Positions 48,939 to 58,460 of a stretch of DNA of 64,000 nucleotides are shown here, one piece after another. The position numbers were made by a program, and so were the translations under genes. Within the stretch, counting starts at the first letter, position 1, and every line of letters starts with the position of its first letter. The notes under the pieces were generated by a model. The model did not search any database. It had not been told where the DNA came from and worked only from the letters and a program-made list of their open reading frames with translations. Source of the DNA: an uncultured Acidobacteriota bacterium (GTDB lineage Bacteria; Acidobacteriota; Vicinamibacteria; Vicinamibacterales; 2-12-FULL-66-21); the NCBI GenBank assembly GCA_963804795.1, contig CAWDRS010000012.1, positions 207,322-271,321 of the forward strand, written 5' to 3'.

Positions 48939-48965
48939 CCTCCCCTCCTCCCCACCTCCCTGTTG
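48939..48965. repeat. Right arm of the 27-bp inverted repeat
   Basis: CCTCCCCTCCTCCCCACCTCCCTGTTG. See the left arm at 48449..48475. Confidence 0.75.
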
Positions 48966-48994
48966 TTGATTTCAGGTGCGCAATCGAGCGCGTG

Positions 48995-51900
48995 TCAGGC
49001 GATCGGCAATCTCACTCTCACCACAGTCCCGACTCCCTTCTCGCTCTCCACTTCGATCGCTCCTCCACTCAACTCGACGTTACGCCTTGCAATGGGGAGC
49101 CCGAGGCCCGTGCCTGTGGTCTTGGTGGAGAAGTAGGGCTCGAAGACCCTCGAGAGCGCCTCTTGATCCATACCCACTCCGGTATCCCTGATCACCAGGA
49201 TCACATCCGCAGGCTCGGTGAGCGCGTGGATCGTGAGTCGCCCCTCGTTGGGCATCGCGTGGAGGGCGTTCTCCACGATGTTGGCGAGGGCGCGGGCGAT
49301 CAGCGTCCGGTCGACCAGTGCCGTGGGAAGCGGCGGCTGCACCCGGTTGTCGATCGCGATGCGACCGGCGAGTCCCGTGCGGTACGGATCGATCACTTCG
49401 GCGACGAGCGCGGGCACGTCGACCGGCGCACGCCGGGCCGTTGGTGACGACGCGAAGCTCGAGAACTCGGCGGAGATCTGCCGCAGCAGCCGCACCTGCC
49501 CCAGGATTGACTCGACGCAACTGTCGAGCACCGGCCCGAGCGGCTGGCCGCGATCCTCGTGCACGCGGCGCAGGTGCTCGGCCGACAGCTGGATCGGCGT
49601 GAGCGGATTCTTGATCTCGTGCGCCACCTGCCGCGCCATCTCGGCCCATGCCTCGAGGCGATGCGTCCGCTCGAGTTGCGTGCGCTGAGCCTTCAGCTCC
49701 GACGCCATGCTGTTGAAGGCGTCGACCAGCCGCCGGAGCTCGTCGGCCGAGCGGACGGCAATGCGCGCGTCGAAGTCGCCCGACGCGATCCGGCGCGTCG
49801 CGCGGGTGAGCCGGCGAACGGGATCGGCAATGCGCTCGGCGAGCGAGAGGCCGATCGCGGCCCCGAGCAGGATGAAGCACAACACCGCCAGGTGGACCCC
49901 GCGATCCAGGTCGTCGATCTCGCGCTCGATTTCGCGCTGCCGCGTCGCGAGTGGAATGGTCAGGATGCGATCTTGTTCGCCGGTTCGGACGGGCGCCGCC
50001 GCGATGATGTACGGGACGGTCCCGATCTGGTCCTCGTCGACGAAGCTGGGCAGTCGATCGAGCACGATCGCGCGGTAGACGGCATCCGGCGTGCGCTTCG
50101 GCAGGAAGCCGGACGAGAACAGATCGCGCTCGCTCGTCGCGAACAGCTCCGCGCCATTGAAGATGTTGACGTCCTGCTCGATCACCTGGCTGATCGATAC
50201 CAGCACGTCGTCAGCGTCGGGCGTGATCTCTTCGTTGTTGCGCCGTCCGAGCTCGTCGGATTCCTGGATGACTCGCTGTGCGACGGCAGCAATGCGCGCC
50301 GCTTCTGCCTGCACCGCATCCCGGAGGAGATCCGCAAAATACACGCGGATCACGAAGGCCAGCGTCAGCACCGGGACGACCGCCGCCAGCACGAACGCAA
50401 AGAACAGCTTTCGATAGAAGCTCGCCCGGATCTCTCGCAGGAGGGCGCGGCCGACCAGCGGCCGCTGTCGGCTGACCCTCGTGAAGACGGCGGTGCCGAC
50501 CAGCACGACCACGAAGGCGACGCCGGCAAACGTGGTCAGCTCGGCGAGATGGACGAGATGGTCGAACAGGGTGAGCGTCGGGTATCCGATCGCGTAAATG
50601 AAGAAGCGATCGTTCGAGAAGTGGACCTGAAACTCGCCGTCGCTCCGCCCCATCCTGGCCCAGAACGGAGCGCGAGATTTGTCATAGATCCGTTGGAAGA
50701 GCGTGTCGTCGATCGACCACGCCGTCCGGCCCGATGTATAGAGGGGATGGAGGCCCCAGCCGTAGATCGCGACGTCCACGTCGCTCCCCGGCGTACCCTC
50801 GCCAGGCGCTCTGGACGCCGTCGGCCGAAACAGCTCGAAGTACGGACTCTGGGAGCTGATGAACAGAAGGTTGCGGTAGTCGAGCATCACATGCACGACG
50901 ATGGTGCCGACGGGATTCTTGTCCTGATCGCAGATGCTCCGTTCGGCATGCAGCATGTTGCGCTCCTCCGAGCCGAACGGCTGTGCCTCGCCGAACGTCT
51001 CCCATTCACACGATGCGGACTTGCGCGGCTTCTGCGTGCTCCCGGTGTACTCGGGGAAACTCAGGCCGAACCGGCTGACGAGATCGCCGGTCCGGTTGTA
51101 CAGCTCGATCGCGGACGTCAGACGCTCGCGATTGAGCGCCGTTCGTTGCCAGACAGCGAATGCGCCATCGGAACTCGCACCGGGGCCGACCTGGCGGGCG
51201 GCTTCGCTGACCAGGCCGGGAAGCCGGGGATCGCGATCGATCTCGTGTCGCGCCACGAGCATCAGCTCCTGCAAGTGCGTGACGTGGTTCTGGGCCTCGA
51301 CGGCGTACTGCGTCGTGATCAGCCGTTCGGTCGCGCGCTCCGCCAGGAAGTTGATCGACGGGTAGAGCAGCAGGGCCGGGATCAGGAACGCGACGAAGAG
51401 CGACAGAATTCGCGCGACGGCGGTGGCGTGGCGGTACCACCTGACGATTCGTCGCCCCAGGAGCGCCGCCAGTGCGCAGGTGACGCCCGACAGCAACAGA
51501 CCCAACGGCGGCACACGCGCACCGGTCGCATAGACGAGCGCGACGGCAATTCCGGTGGGAGCGGCCCAGCACGCACACAACAACAGTCGCCACGACGAGC
51601 CCTGGGTCGCCAGGCGCCAGCGTGAAGGTGCGGCCACGAAGATGAGCGTGGCGGTCCAGAGAGCGGCGAGCTGTATCGCGAGCAACCCGCCGAACAGCGC
51701 TATTCGTGAGCCGTTCCACGGGTGGAGCGAAAAGTGGCGCAGGTCGATCGATGATGCCTGCACGACGGAATCGAACAAGCGCTCGACACCCACGAGCAGG
51801 AGCGCGACTACCGTCCCCGCGGCGAGCTGAACGACCAGAAGAGCAGTCACTCCTTCCGACGGCGACCGCCTCCTTCCTCTGAAACGCGCTCGCAAACGCG

Positions 51901-52922
51901 GGATTCCAGCCGCCCACACGGCCGCGAGCCCCGCGGCCACGAGACCGCCGAGCAGCAGGTTTCCCGGCATCGACAACGGCGCACCGCCGACGATGCCGAA
52001 AGAAGTCCAGAGAGCGGCCGCGCCGCCGACGAGCAGCAGCGGAGGCGAGCAGCGTGTCCACGACGAAGCGTCGGGCCTCGTGCGACGCTGTGCGGCGATC
52101 GAGGAAGGGACCGATCAGCAGGAGAAGGGTGATCCCTCCGGCCGCCAGGGCCTGGGCGCGCACCATGACGCGCCACGCATGTCTCGCGCGTCGCACGTCG
52201 CTCGGCGCGACGGCAGCTTCGGCCACGGCATCACCGTCAGGGGCCCGCAGCAGGAACGCGCCGTCGGACACGTTGTCGCCCGCTCCTTCGTAACGCGTCC
52301 GAAGCGAAACGGGCGCGATCGGATTCGTCAACGCGAACTCGACCGGCCCCATGCGGGCCGCGGCAGGCGTCGGCGAGAGGATGTTCTCCGCTGCAACCGA
52401 ACCCACTCGACGCGCAGGGGCCGCCAGAATCGGTTGGACGTACACCAGCCGGAGGCCGAGCGGCGACGGGGTGACAAAGAAGTCCGAGGCGCCTGCAATG
52501 CGATCTCTTGGGAGGTCGGAGGGACGACCCGCCCAGGCGCGCGCGACGCCGCGCACGTCGTAGATCGTAATCGCGACGTCTCTCGCGCTGGTGCGGTCGC
52601 GCCGAGCGTCGCGCAGGAGATCGAACAGCGCGCGCTGGCCGTTTTCTCCGGCATCGAGGCTGCCGGCGGCTGTGGGGCTGTTGGCCACCTCGGACGCCAC
52701 GCGCGACAACGCCCTGGTCATCGCCGCAAAGTCCGCCTGCACGTCCGACTCGATCCGGGAGGCGGTCGCGTCGTCGGTGGCACCGAACCGCCACAGCTCG
52801 GTCGCGAAGCCGACGGCGAGCACGATTCCAGCAGCCGTGGCGCCAGCGGCAATCAGCCGCCGCCAGCCAACCTGCCGTTCGCGCGGAAGGATGCGAGGCA
52901 CTCGTAAAGCAGGATACCGCAA
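48995..52922 (-). pseudogene. NtrY-like multi-TM sensor histidine kinase (HAMP-PAS-HisKA-HATPase) with a +1 frameshift
   Basis: C-terminal part in ORF 48995..51976: HAMP (DPVRRLTRATRRIASGDFDARI), H-box ARQVAHEIKNPLTPIQLSAEHL, N/G boxes (NALHAMP, IRDTGVGM, GTGLGLPIAR). N-terminal ~295 aa in ORF 51006..52922 up to FVVDTLLAS, continuing as LLLVGGAAALWTSF... in the other frame (extra base ~52040). TTG start 52922. No response regulator adjacent. Confidence 0.8.
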
Positions 52923-52942
52923 AGGTAAACTGGGACTGTCCG

Positions 52943-53948
52943 ATGTCGCATGCCCCGGAACTGAAAGCGGCGCTCAAACGCGGCGCGTTGATCACGGCCG
53001 CGAACTGGCCGCTGGTGGCCGCACAGTTCGTGGCCGAATCCACGCTCAAATTGCTGCTGGCGGTTCCTGTCCTGGGCGGCATCTTCCTTGTCGCACTGCT
53101 GATGGACGCTGACGTCGGACAGCTCATCAGCGGCAGCCCGAGCGAGATCGTGCAGGCGGTCTTCAACGCGATGGCCGCCAGCCCGCCGGCGCTGGTCGCC
53201 TTCGTCGCCGCGTTTCTTCTGGTCATGCTCGGAGGATCCGCGCTGACGTTCGTCGTCAAGGCCGGGACCGTTTCCGTGCTCGCGAGCGCGGAGGCAGCCG
53301 CCGGACCGATCGACCGGCCGCCCTTGAGCCTGCGCGCGCTGCGACGCGCCAACGTCACCAACATCGAGCCGTTTCTCGACGGGTGCCGCCGGCTGTGGGT
53401 CCGCTACGTGAAGCTGGGCGCCTGCCTGCTGCTCATTTACGCCGGGACTGCGGTCGCGTATTTCGGACCAGTTCTCGGTGGACTGGCGCTCGCCTGGAAC
53501 TCCGGCATCCTGCTCGGATGGACCCTCGCCACTTTCACCGTGTCGAGCATCGTGATCGTCTGGCTGACGATCGTGAATCTCGTGTACCTGCTGACGCAGA
53601 TGGTCATCGCCGTCGAGGACGTCGGCGTCCGCGAGGCGCTCGTCGGCGTGGCGCGATTCGTCCGTTCGAGCCTTCGCGAAGTCGCCGGCATCTTCGGCGT
53701 CGTGCTCGTGTTCGTCGTGCTCGCGACGATCGCCTCGATTCTCGCCACCGCGGGCCTCGGGCTCGATCGCCTTCGTTCCGCTCGCCGGCTTCGTCGTGTT
53801 TCCGCTCACGGCCGCCGGATGGCTCCTCCGCGGCTTCGTGTTCCAGTACCTGGCGCTCACGGCGCTCGGTGCGTATCTGACCCAGTACCGGCATTACCTG
53901 CGCGGCGCCCCGCCGATCGCCGCCGTCCCCGGACAACGCCCGGCATGA
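52943..53948 (+). pseudogene. Polytopic membrane protein of unknown function with a +1 frameshift
   Basis: Frame of ORF 52943.. is TM-rich up to ILATAGLG. True C-terminus SIAFVPLAGFVVFPLTAAGWLLRGFVFQYLALTALGAYLTQYRHYLRG...QRPA* is in the next frame from 53763. Its TGA overlaps the next ATG (ATGA at 53945..53948). Confidence 0.6.
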
Positions 53949-55195
53949 TCAACTACGACACGTTTTTCTCCCGCTCCGCCGAGACGATGAAGGAGTCGGC
54001 CATCCGCAAGATGGGTACGCTCGTCGCGCAGGGGCGCGACATCATCTCGTTCGCGCCCGGCTACCCGGCACCAGAGACGTTCCCCTGGGCCGCGTTCCAG
54101 GAAATCTCGCGGGAGCTGCTGTCCGGACGCGACGGCGGCGTGCTCCAGTACGGTCCCACTCGCGGCTATCGTCCGCTGGTCGAATGCATCGCCGGGCTCA
54201 TGCGGAGCCGCGGCGCGGCGACCTCGCCCGAACGGCTGATCGTGACGACCGGCTCGCAGCAGGGACTCGATCTGGTCGCCCGTGTCCTGTTCGATCCGGA
54301 CGACGTGGTGCTCGTCGAGCTCCCGACCTACACCGGCGCCATCACCGCGTTTCGCAACGTGCAGGCAGCGATGATCGGCGTCGAGCAGGAGGCGGACGGC
54401 GTCTCCCTCGAGCACCTCGACGAGACCTGGCTCCGGCTGCGGCGCGAGGGCCGCCGGGTCCGCGCGCTCTACGTCGTCCCCAACTTTCAGAACCCGACCG
54501 GCCTCCTGATCGGGCTCGACAAACGCCGGGCGCTCCTCGAGTGGGCCGACCGCCGCGACGTGCTGATCGTCGAGGACGACCCCTATCGGGACCTGTACTT
54601 CGAAGATTCGGCGTCCGAGGCCGACGTGCGGCCCATGCGATCGGACGACGAGAACGGACGCGTGATCTACCTGAGCAGCTTTTCGAAGACGCTCGCGCCA
54701 GGCTATCGCGTCGCCTGGATCGATGCGCCCGCGCCGATTGCCGCGAAGCTGGAGATGGCCAAGCAGGCGGCCGACCTGTGCACGGGGACACTCGATCAGC
54801 GCGTCGTGTACGAAGCCTGCCGGCAAGGGCTCCTGGATCGTCAGCTGCCGGCGCTGCGCGCCTACTACCAGCAGAAGCGCGACGCAATGGTCTCGGCGCT
54901 CCGGCAGGAGTTCGGCACGATCCTCGATTGGCCGGAGCCTCGTGGTGGGTTCTTCCTGTGGGCGACGCTCCCCAACACCATCGATGCAGACGTCATGCTC
55001 GCACGCGCGATCGAGCACGGCGTGATCTATGTCGCCGGCGAGGCCTTCTTCGTCAATGGTGCCGGCGGCAACTACCTGCGCTTGTCGTTCTCGGCGCCAT
55101 CCGCCGACCGCATCCGGGAAGGGGTGAAGCGGCTCGCGGCGACGGTGAAGGACGAGCTCGCGGCGGCCACCGCTCGCCCGCAAACAATTGCTTGA
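53945..55195 (+). CDS. PLP-dependent aminotransferase, class I/II (2-aminoadipate/aromatic aminotransferase-like)
   Basis: MINYDTFFSRSAETMKESAIRKM..., YGPTRGY, NPTG, PLP-Lys motif SSFSKTLAPGYRVAW. The ORF-track entry 52943..55195 fuses it to the upstream frameshifted gene. Confidence 0.85.
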   Translation: MINYDTFFSRSAETMKESAIRKMGTLVAQGRDIISFAPGYPAPETFPWAAFQEISRELLSGRDGGVLQYGPTRGYRPLVECIAGLMRSRGAATSPERLIVTTGSQQGLDLVARVLFDPDDVVLVELPTYTGAITAFRNVQAAMIGVEQEADGVSLEHLDETWLRLRREGRRVRALYVVPNFQNPTGLLIGLDKRRALLEWADRRDVLIVEDDPYRDLYFEDSASEADVRPMRSDDENGRVIYLSSFSKTLAPGYRVAWIDAPAPIAAKLEMAKQAADLCTGTLDQRVVYEACRQGLLDRQLPALRAYYQQKRDAMVSALRQEFGTILDWPEPRGGFFLWATLPNTIDADVMLARAIEHGVIYVAGEAFFVNGAGGNYLRLSFSAPSADRIREGVKRLAATVKDELAAATARPQTIA

Positions 55196-55363
55196 GACAA
55201 ACGGCACATCGAGCGACCGGGAGACCAAAGAGTCGGGATCGCAGCTGGAATGATCGTGGCGGCTGTTTCCCTGCATCAACCTGGGCGACAGAAACGATTT
55301 GCTCGCCGGTTCAACAGGAGTTCAGAAGATTAGAAGCCGTTTCATAAACCTGGCGCTCGTTTC

Positions 55364-55532
55364 ACGATGCGAGCGAACGCCAGTGAGCGAGCCACGCGAG
55401 CGGCCCGCCTACGCCAAGGCTTCGGCGAGGTCTCGTCGTAGCGCTTCGCGCGGAGGCGGAAGCGCGCCGGCGCAGCGGCGCGCGAGCGCGCGTGTCGGGG
55501 AGTCCGAGGGGCGAAGCCCCTCGGATGAGACT
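55364..55532 (+). repeat. Family-A 169-bp dispersed repeat, copy A2
   Basis: 165/169 identical to the reverse complement of 10096..10264. Its last bases overlap the stop codon (55531..55533) of the beta-propeller gene. Confidence 0.8.
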
Positions 55533-56754
55533 AGTCCTTCGCGACCTCGGCTGGCGGTTCGTCAGGCGGCGGCACCGACACCGACAACGTCCACTGCGGG
55601 GTCAGGCCGCCCGTGATCGACACGACGGCAGGCAGGCCGTCGGTCCCGATTGGCGACACGAATGACGGGCCGATCGCCAGCTGGGCGGGGAGGGTGAGCT
55701 TGCCGGTGGGCCTGCCCGACATGGCGTTGACACCGGTGAGCTCGACGGTGATGCCGGGCACTCCGACCTGGCCACCCATGACCACGGGACCCTTGGACGG
55801 CCGATACGTCAGGGGAAACCTCCAGCGCTGGCCGCCGTTGCCTCGGCTCAACGCGCGCAGGATGTTGTCCATGGCCGTGAAGTACACCTGGCCCTCGTCT
55901 GCAGCGGCGGGACCGATGATCCGAATGCCGACCTCGTGGTGCCAGTCCTCGCGGCCCGACGCCGCCCGCAGACACATGAACCGCTTCGTGTCCGAGCCCA
56001 GATAGATCCGGTCACCATAGGCCAGGGGCTCGGTCGGCGAGCCGCCGACCGGCTGATCCCAGTGCGTGTTCCCGGTCTTCAGGTCGAGCGCCAACAACCG
56101 CCCTTCCGCGATCGGGAGGTAGAGACGGTCTCCGTCGATCGCCGGTCGCTCGGAGACCAGTCCGGTCGCCTGGTTCCAGATCTTTTCGCCATCCGCGCCG
56201 CGTAACGCCGTGACGGAGCCGCCGCTGGCTGCGATGACCCAGCCGCCGCGTGCCAGGATCGGCGCGCTTGGTTTGCCGACTTCCGCGGTCCACAGCGTCG
56301 ATCCGTCGGCGGCGTTGAGCGCATGCAGCGTTTCCGCGGTCACGACGAAGATCGTGTCGGCGTCGGCCGCGATCGTCTGGTCGACGGCCAGCTTGATCGT
56401 CCACAGTTCCGTTCCATCTGACAGCTGACGCGCAGAAAGGGCGCCCGAGCGGAGAGCCAGCACGATGCGACCTTCCGCGACGATCGGCGGCACGACCGGG
56501 GCCGCATCCAGCGTCGTGGACCATTTGACCGCGGATGGAAACTTCAGCTGGGGTGCGGCCGGTTTTGGCGGAGGCTTGGGCTTCGGCGTCGGTGCGAGCT
56601 GCGGAACCGGGGCGATCGGTGGTGAGCCCGGCTGCTGCGTCTGCTGCGCCACCACGTCCATACGCAGCATCCCGGCTATCACGGGAAGGAGCACCAGGAT
56701 GAGCAGAGTTGGGGCGCTGAACCTACAAGATATGGTGGTGCCCGCGTGACGCAC
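55531..56754 (-). CDS. PQQ-like beta-propeller repeat protein (BamB/YfgL-like)
   Basis: GTG start 56754, signal anchor [17 protein letters not shown], Pro-rich linker, then repeated beta-propeller blades ([49 protein letters not shown]). Confidence 0.7.
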   Translation of the reverse strand: MRHAGTTISCRFSAPTLLILVLLPVIAGMLRMDVVAQQTQQPGSPPIAPVPQLAPTPKPKPPPKPAAPQLKFPSAVKWSTTLDAAPVVPPIVAEGRIVLALRSGALSARQLSDGTELWTIKLAVDQTIAADADTIFVVTAETLHALNAADGSTLWTAEVGKPSAPILARGGWVIAASGGSVTALRGADGEKIWNQATGLVSERPAIDGDRLYLPIAEGRLLALDLKTGNTHWDQPVGGSPTEPLAYGDRIYLGSDTKRFMCLRAASGREDWHHEVGIRIIGPAAADEGQVYFTAMDNILRALSRGNGGQRWRFPLTYRPSKGPVVMGGQVGVPGITVELTGVNAMSGRPTGKLTLPAQLAIGPSFVSPIGTDGLPAVVSITGGLTPQWTLSVSVPPPDEPPAEVAKD

Positions 56755-56758
56755 ACCT

Positions 56759-56764
56759 TATAAT
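56759..56764 (+). promoter_or_regulatory. Perfect TATAAT -10 box 13 nt upstream of the guaA GTG
   Basis: Seen directly. No convincing -35 and no SD between the box and the start, which implies a very short or absent leader. Confidence 0.3.
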
Positions 56765-56776
56765 AGCGCTCTCCCC

Positions 56777-58312
56777 GTGACCCATCAGACCATCATCGTC
56801 CTCGACTTCGGCTCCCAGTTCACCCAGCTCATCGCCCGACGGTTGCGGGAACTGTCGGTCTACTCCGAGATTCTCCCGTTCGACACGCCGCTCGAGGAGC
56901 TGCGGATGCGCGCCCCGGCCGGAGTGATCCTGTCGGGCGGTCCGAAAAGTGTCTCGGAGGCTGGCGCGCCGCATTGCGACGTCGGGGTGTTCTCGGCAGG
57001 GGTGCCGGTCCTCGGCATCTGCTACGGCATGCAGTTCATGACGTACGCCCTCGGCGGCGAGGTGGCCGCCGCGCCGCATCGGGAATTCGGCCTCGCAACG
57101 ATCAACATCGCTGCGGATGCGCCGCTCTTCGAGTCGGTGCCGTCGAGCCTGCGCGTCTGGGCGAGCCACGGCGACTTCGTGAAAGCGCCGCCGGAAGGAT
57201 TTGCTATCACGGCGACGAGCGCGAATGCGCCGGTAGCGGCTATGGCCGCCCCCGAGCGCGGCCTCTACGCGCTACTCTTCCACCCGGAGGTGGCGCACAC
57301 CGACCACGGGCTCGACATCCTCCGGCATTTCGCGTTCGACGTCTGCGGCTGCACTGGCGATTGGACGATGGCGTCGTTCGTTGACGAGGCGACAGCGAAG
57401 ATTCGTGAGCAGGTCGGCGACGGGCGAGTGGTCTGCGGATTGAGCGGCGGCGTCGATTCGAGCGTCGCGGCGATGATCGTGCACCGGGCGATTGGCAGCC
57501 GCCTGACGTGCATCTTCGTCGACAACGGGGTGATGCGGCAAGACGAAGCGGCGCAGATCAAGTCGCGGTTCGAGCGGCTTCGACTGCCGCTGGTGTTCGT
57601 GGACGCCGCTCAGCTCTTTCTCGAGCGTCTGGACGGCATCGTCGACCCTGAGGAGAAACGCAAGATCATCGGCGCGGCCTTCATCGACGTCTTCGAAGCT
57701 GAAGCGGCGAAGCTCGGATCGTTCGACTACCTGGCACAGGGCACGTTGTACCCCGACGTGATCGAAAGCGTCTCGGTCATCGGGCCATCACACGTCATCA
57801 AGAGCCATCACAACGTGGGCGGCCTGCCGGAGCGGATGCGCTTCAAGCTGGTCGAACCGCTCCGGCAGCTCTTCAAAGACGAAGTGCGTGCCCTCGGCTC
57901 CGAGCTCGGACTCGATGACGAGTTCGTGTGGCGGCAGCCTTTCCCCGGACCTGGCCTGGCGGTCCGCATCCTCGGCGCCGTCAGCCCATCGCGGCTCGCG
58001 CTGGTCCGCCGCGCGGACCACATCGTCGCCGAAGAAGTGAAGAAGGCGGGATGGTACCGACGCCTCTGGCAGTCCTTCGCCGTGCTCTTGCCCGTGCAAA
58101 GCGTGGGCGTCATGGGCGATGCGCGGACCTACGAATACACGATTGCGATCCGCGCCGTAGAGAGTAAGGATGGGATGACCGCCGACTGGGCGCGCCTGCC
58201 GCACGACCTGCTGGCATCCATCTCGTCGCGAATCGTCAACGAGGTCAAGGGAATCAACCGCGTCGTGTTCGACATCAGCTCGAAGCCGCCCTCGACGATC
58301 GAATGGGAATGA
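56777..58312 (+). CDS. guaA: GMP synthase (glutamine-hydrolysing)
   Basis: 511 aa. Collinear with E. coli GuaA: [40 protein letters not shown], ends PPSTIEWE. Confidence 0.95.
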   Translation: MTHQTIIVLDFGSQFTQLIARRLRELSVYSEILPFDTPLEELRMRAPAGVILSGGPKSVSEAGAPHCDVGVFSAGVPVLGICYGMQFMTYALGGEVAAAPHREFGLATINIAADAPLFESVPSSLRVWASHGDFVKAPPEGFAITATSANAPVAAMAAPERGLYALLFHPEVAHTDHGLDILRHFAFDVCGCTGDWTMASFVDEATAKIREQVGDGRVVCGLSGGVDSSVAAMIVHRAIGSRLTCIFVDNGVMRQDEAAQIKSRFERLRLPLVFVDAAQLFLERLDGIVDPEEKRKIIGAAFIDVFEAEAAKLGSFDYLAQGTLYPDVIESVSVIGPSHVIKSHHNVGGLPERMRFKLVEPLRQLFKDEVRALGSELGLDDEFVWRQPFPGPGLAVRILGAVSPSRLALVRRADHIVAEEVKKAGWYRRLWQSFAVLLPVQSVGVMGDARTYEYTIAIRAVESKDGMTADWARLPHDLLASISSRIVNEVKGINRVVFDISSKPPSTIEWE

Positions 58313-58315
58313 TTT

Positions 58316-58342
58316 CAGTCGGCAGTCGCAGTCGGCAGTCGA
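58316..58342 (+). repeat. Tandem CAGTCGG-type heptamers (4 units)
   Basis: CAGTCGG CAGTCG CAGTCGG CAGTCGA, starting 4 nt after the guaA stop. The same unit recurs at 61985..62040. Confidence 0.7.
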
Positions 58343-58367
58343 CCTCCACGGCTTCGGCTGGTTTTGC

Positions 58368-58442
58368 GGGAAGCGGGAAGCGGAAGCGGAAGCGGGAAGC
58401 GGGAAGCTGGAAGCTGGAAGCTGGAAGCTGGAAGCTGGAAGC
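58368..58442 (+). repeat. Tandem GGAAGC-based hexa/heptamer array (11 units)
   Basis: (GGGAAGC)2 (GGAAGC)2 (GGGAAGC)2 (TGGAAGC)5. Ends 18 nt before dnaE ATG 58461. Confidence 0.8.
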
Positions 58443-58460
58443 TGACGAGCGTAAGTTCCA

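Noticed and set aside
52943-55195. 750-aa membrane-protein/aminotransferase fusion suggested by the ORF track.
   Set aside because: The middle 60 aa (DRLRSARRLRRVSAHGRRMAPPRLR...) are out-of-frame nonsense. A shifted frame gives a proper TM C-terminus and a stop overlapping the aminotransferase ATG.
58368-58442. Heptamer arrays considered as CRISPR-like or coding repeats.
   Set aside because: A unit length of 6-7 nt with no spacers is incompatible with CRISPR. The arrays lie outside the reading frames of guaA and dnaE.
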